The position numbers and the translations under genes were made by a program. Under the pieces are notes generated by a model, which saw only the letters and a list, made by a program, of their open reading frames with translations, was not told the origin of the DNA and made no database searches. A stretch of DNA of 63,750 bases, filler included, from Trypethelium eluteriae (taxonomy: Eukaryota): the NCBI GenBank assembly GCA_051942245.1. It is 5 parts of 5 records of this genome, joined end to end, with 100 filler letters (N's around TTAATTAATTAA, not from the genome) between each part and the next. Parts side by side here need not be neighbours in the genome. Positions count along the whole stretch, not along the records: positions 51,100 to 63,750 come from JAVECL010000764.1; 4 more parts are not named here. The stretch is one strand, 5' to 3'. Positions 60,275 through 63,750 of the stretch are shown here, piece by piece (the stretch's first letter is position 1; each line of letters begins with the position of its first letter).

Positions 60275-62940
60275 ATGGACAACGTTCATTCAGAGACAGT
60301 CTTTCAGCCAGGGGACCTGGTCCCATTCCATTTGATTCCTTGGATCGTGATTCTTTCCTTCGTCGCGAGTTTCATCGGCACCCTCACAACTGTGGAGCTT
60401 CTCCATCGTCGGATCACGACGGGCAAGCTATGGCTTAGCATGTGAGTAATAGCTTCCACCGAACGCGATCATAACAGCTTCAAAACCTGAATTGTCACTG
60501 ACAACCATGCATCAGGTTGCAGCTCTTTGCCTGCTCGGTCTCGATGGGTCTTGTAGGCATCTGGTGCATGCATTTCGTGGGAAACCGCGCCATTATCTTG
60601 GCTCATGGCCAAAATGATATGCAGCTGGTTTACAGTCCCGGATTCACCGCACTCTCCGTTTTTCTGCCCATCATTTTCCTCTTCATTGGATTCTTCATTG
60701 CCGATCGGGAATCCCAGAAACACCGGGGGAAAGTGCGGCTCTCAGTCTTCCTCTGCATCGCGGGTGTTGCAGCAGGTTTATCCATCGTGGGCATGCACTA
60801 TGTCGGTAACTTTGGCATCCTCAACTACAAGCTTGTCTATACTCCAAGGTATATCGGCGGTGCCATTGTCGTAGCGGTGGTCGATGCCACAGGCTCCCTG
60901 GCTTTCTTCTTCAGCATGAAAGAGCTCTGGATCAACAGATGGTGGTCGAGACTAATGACAGCCATATTCCTGGCAATTGCTGTCTCTGGTATGCACTGGG
61001 TCGCTTCTGTCGGCGTTGTGTATAGACTTAAGGCTGTTCCAACTCCGAATGCTGGCAATGCCAGAAATGTGAACTTGATCATTGCTGTCGCTCTAGTCAG
61101 TCGACCCTACTCCATGTTTGGGCTTTGCTAACCTGTTGCAGAGTGCTGTAGCTTTCCTTGCCTGCGTTGGCATTGTGTGGTACGTCCATCTTCGTAAGAG
61201 GCAACTGGCAGCCAGAGCTCAACAAGTCGTTCTGGCTTGTGCTGTATTTGATTCTGAAGGTCGTCTTATGGTAACCCAAGAGGGGCTTTTACCAAGCAGG
61301 AGGATCACAAAACAATTTAACAATAGGGTAAACAACGCCTATCTTCCTCAGGGATCGTGCAGTTGCTGATTTTGAAATAGTCTTTCGATGAGGAATTCGA
61401 TGTCGCACATCCGGTCTTCCAGTGGCTTTACCGTGTGACGTATAACTGGAATGCCGTCTTAGATCTGATTCCCAGCATGCGCATTAACCTCCGACACTAC
61501 CAAAATGGAAAGAAAAGTGCAAAGGAAATAAGCTCCAGTTCGAGCGTATGGGAATACGATGGTGAAGTCGATTATTCATTGCTCTTCCGCGAGAGTTTCT
61601 GTGTGGCGGCTTCGGATCTGGCTCTGGAAATGCAAGTCCCAATCCAGAACATCGGCGTTCTCTACGACGATATTATGATGACTGGCACAATGTCGCTAGA
61701 GGCTCGGGCCAAGCGCACCATCAGAGCTGCTTCTGGAATTGATCTCGAATCTGGGGAACAAATGACTTTCGGCAAGGGTCAACTCATGTTTGTTGTGCGC
61801 CAGGTCTCCAGACTCGAAGTATCTCGATTGACAGCCGCTGGATATCGTTTCGCGGCAATGAGTCAAGTTGGAGAGATCATTGCCCGCAGCATGCAGGTTC
61901 CCGTTGCCGAGTTCGCAGCACACGTGGACAGGCTACGGGAGCATTGCAAGCCCAACGACCTCGTCCATAGATCCACGTATCTGGCTTGTTACGCACTTCG
62001 TAGCACGGCCGCGCAGAAAGGGTTTGACATCCTTGTGCCACGTGCTCTGCCCTGCCAACTTCCCAAGGTTGAAATACCTCTCCGGCAAGTGAAGCCTTGG
62101 CAGCAAGGCATTTTCGCTAGACTTGAAGGGAGATCTGTTAGGGAGTGTCTACAGTACCTGAGCAGTAAAGAAGTACGATTTGGGAGCGCAACAGAAGAGG
62201 AGGAAAGCTTCACGAACTTGATGCACGACCGAATTTCCGCCCTCAGCCTTGAGATTGGGGAATCATGGTTCTATCAAGCCATTTTCTGCTCTAAGCCGTT
62301 CCGTGCAGACTTTACTGACTTGAGCAATGATTCACTGAGTCAGGTAACGATTTATGCATTCTGCATCATTCCAGACGTCCACAACTGCTCCCTGAAGCCA
62401 TTATCAGAAATGACATACACGCCCTTGAGCTTTTTTAAGAGTCGGCAGCGTGTCTACAAGAACTCACCTGATCATGCGTCATTGGCGCGAAATATCCACT
62501 ACGAATTCGCTCCCATCATCCACCAGATACACAGAGACATGATGACGAGATCAGCCGCGGAGCATCCACAGGGCAATGGTTTTTGGAATTCATTCAGGCG
62601 TGGTACTGCAGGCAGTGACGATACAGTTCAACCTGACAACTCGTCGGAACGAGAGCTTGTGAAAGCGCCTGGCGGCCTTGCGGTGCAAGAAGTGGAGCCA
62701 GCGATGACCCGGAATACTACCAGCTGTCCGTTCGGCGGCATTCTGGTGAGCTCTGATACGATTGTGGCAAGCGACAGAGGCGACGCGATGCTTGAGATGC
62801 GCAATCTGGGAACGACAGCACTCATCTCAGCCGAGAAGACTGAGAAAGAAGCCCCAACGTTTGTCGATCATCTCTTCAACGTCACCTTCGCCCGCTTCAA
62901 TCCCGGCCATCTAAGACAGGGGAGCCTTCAGGCACCATAG
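60275..62940 (+). CDS. MHYT-domain integral membrane signalling protein with an uncharacterised cytoplasmic C-terminal region; 4 exons
   Basis: Multi-TM N-terminus with three MHYT-type motifs GIWCMHFVG, VGMHYVG and SGMHWVA. Introns 60442-60515, 61097-61141 and 61328-61380 join the track ORFs into one frame. Confidence 0.9.
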
Positions 62941-63750
62941 CAGTGTGCCTAACTGTCATCTTTTCACATATCGCACGGCATAACGATTTTCCTGTATCTG
63001 ATACCAGCTAGGTCTGCCTGGGATACCCGGTCGGAGACAATGTATGATTTGTGTTGCGCGAATGGTAGGGCAGACATATTAGCTCTGATTTTAGTAGTCA
63101 TGTATTGGGAGTTTGTTCGGGTGAAGTCGATGGTCAACAGTACATCGCGGAAAAGAGGAGTTAGCCGCACTGCAGCAACCTGAGGTCGTGAAGGTCAACA
63201 TTGCTTTCGGCTTTATTCGTTGTAACATAGAGCGGAACAACAAGTACATACTTCGTATTCAGTGGACATTCTTATGTCTTAGTCTCCATTGTGAACGCGG
63301 TGTCGTTGCATTTGTGCTTTCTGACGCCAGGAACTTTCAATGGCGTAGAGTAACGCCTTCGCTAAATGTTTGCCTCGGTCCGGCTCACTTTCCTTGTGAG
63401 CAATCACCCAATTATGATGCATCCGGCCGAAGTACGGAGCATACCGTAGGGTGTCACACTCTTCAACCCAAGGGCCCACATTCCGGAAACATTCAAAAGA
63501 AGACCTTTCCCAGAAACAATCCCGCTCTCGATGAGGTAGGAGTCCACGAAATGAATGCTCTCGGCTCGGCTGACGAAATCTCCCACTTATCGATAACCAG
63601 CTCCCTACGCCTTCTCACAGCATGACCGACCCTTCCACATGAGAAAAAATCCTCACGCCCAATCTCTAGCCTCCTCGCCTTCTCCTATACGCTCCCTCCA
63701 TCTATGGCTCCACCGATCCTAACCATCAGACCCCTCGCAACCCTCACGCC

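Overview
Eukaryotic DNA from a filamentous ascomycete (Pezizomycotina, possibly Dothideomycetes; this assignment is an inference). It has short GT-AG introns with CTRAC branch sites. The window is not one locus. It is five pieces of about 12.65-12.69 kb in descending size order, joined by artificial 100-bp spacers (N44-TTAATTAATTAA-N44), so adjacency across spacers has no biological meaning. Piece 1 holds a SUN-domain SLP1-like gene (partial), a long coiled-coil gene with an apparent in-frame TAG interruption, UBC1 and a HAL4/SAT4-like kinase. Piece 2 holds the ERG12 3' end, a CFEM GPI protein, BEM46, proteasome beta1 (PRE3), a Pho85-type cyclin and the RCY1 3' end. Piece 3 holds an AhpD/CMD protein, U6 snRNA, an S53 sedolisin, a DUF6594-like membrane protein, a GNAT-like protein and an ADAM protease (partial). 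Piece 4 holds a methyltransferase 3' end, PPX1, a 1784-aa uncharacterised protein, an 87-aa spliced protein and the UGO1 3' end. Piece 5 holds PCT1, an HhH-motif protein followed by a broken domain, and an MHYT-domain sensor-like protein. I saw no clear multi-gene novel system, transposon or CRISPR array. The best leads are possible recoding or lesions in the coiled-coil gene, a highly structured long intron, recurrent C-to-G skew-switch islands and the MHYT protein. Family assignments come from motif recognition, not database searches.
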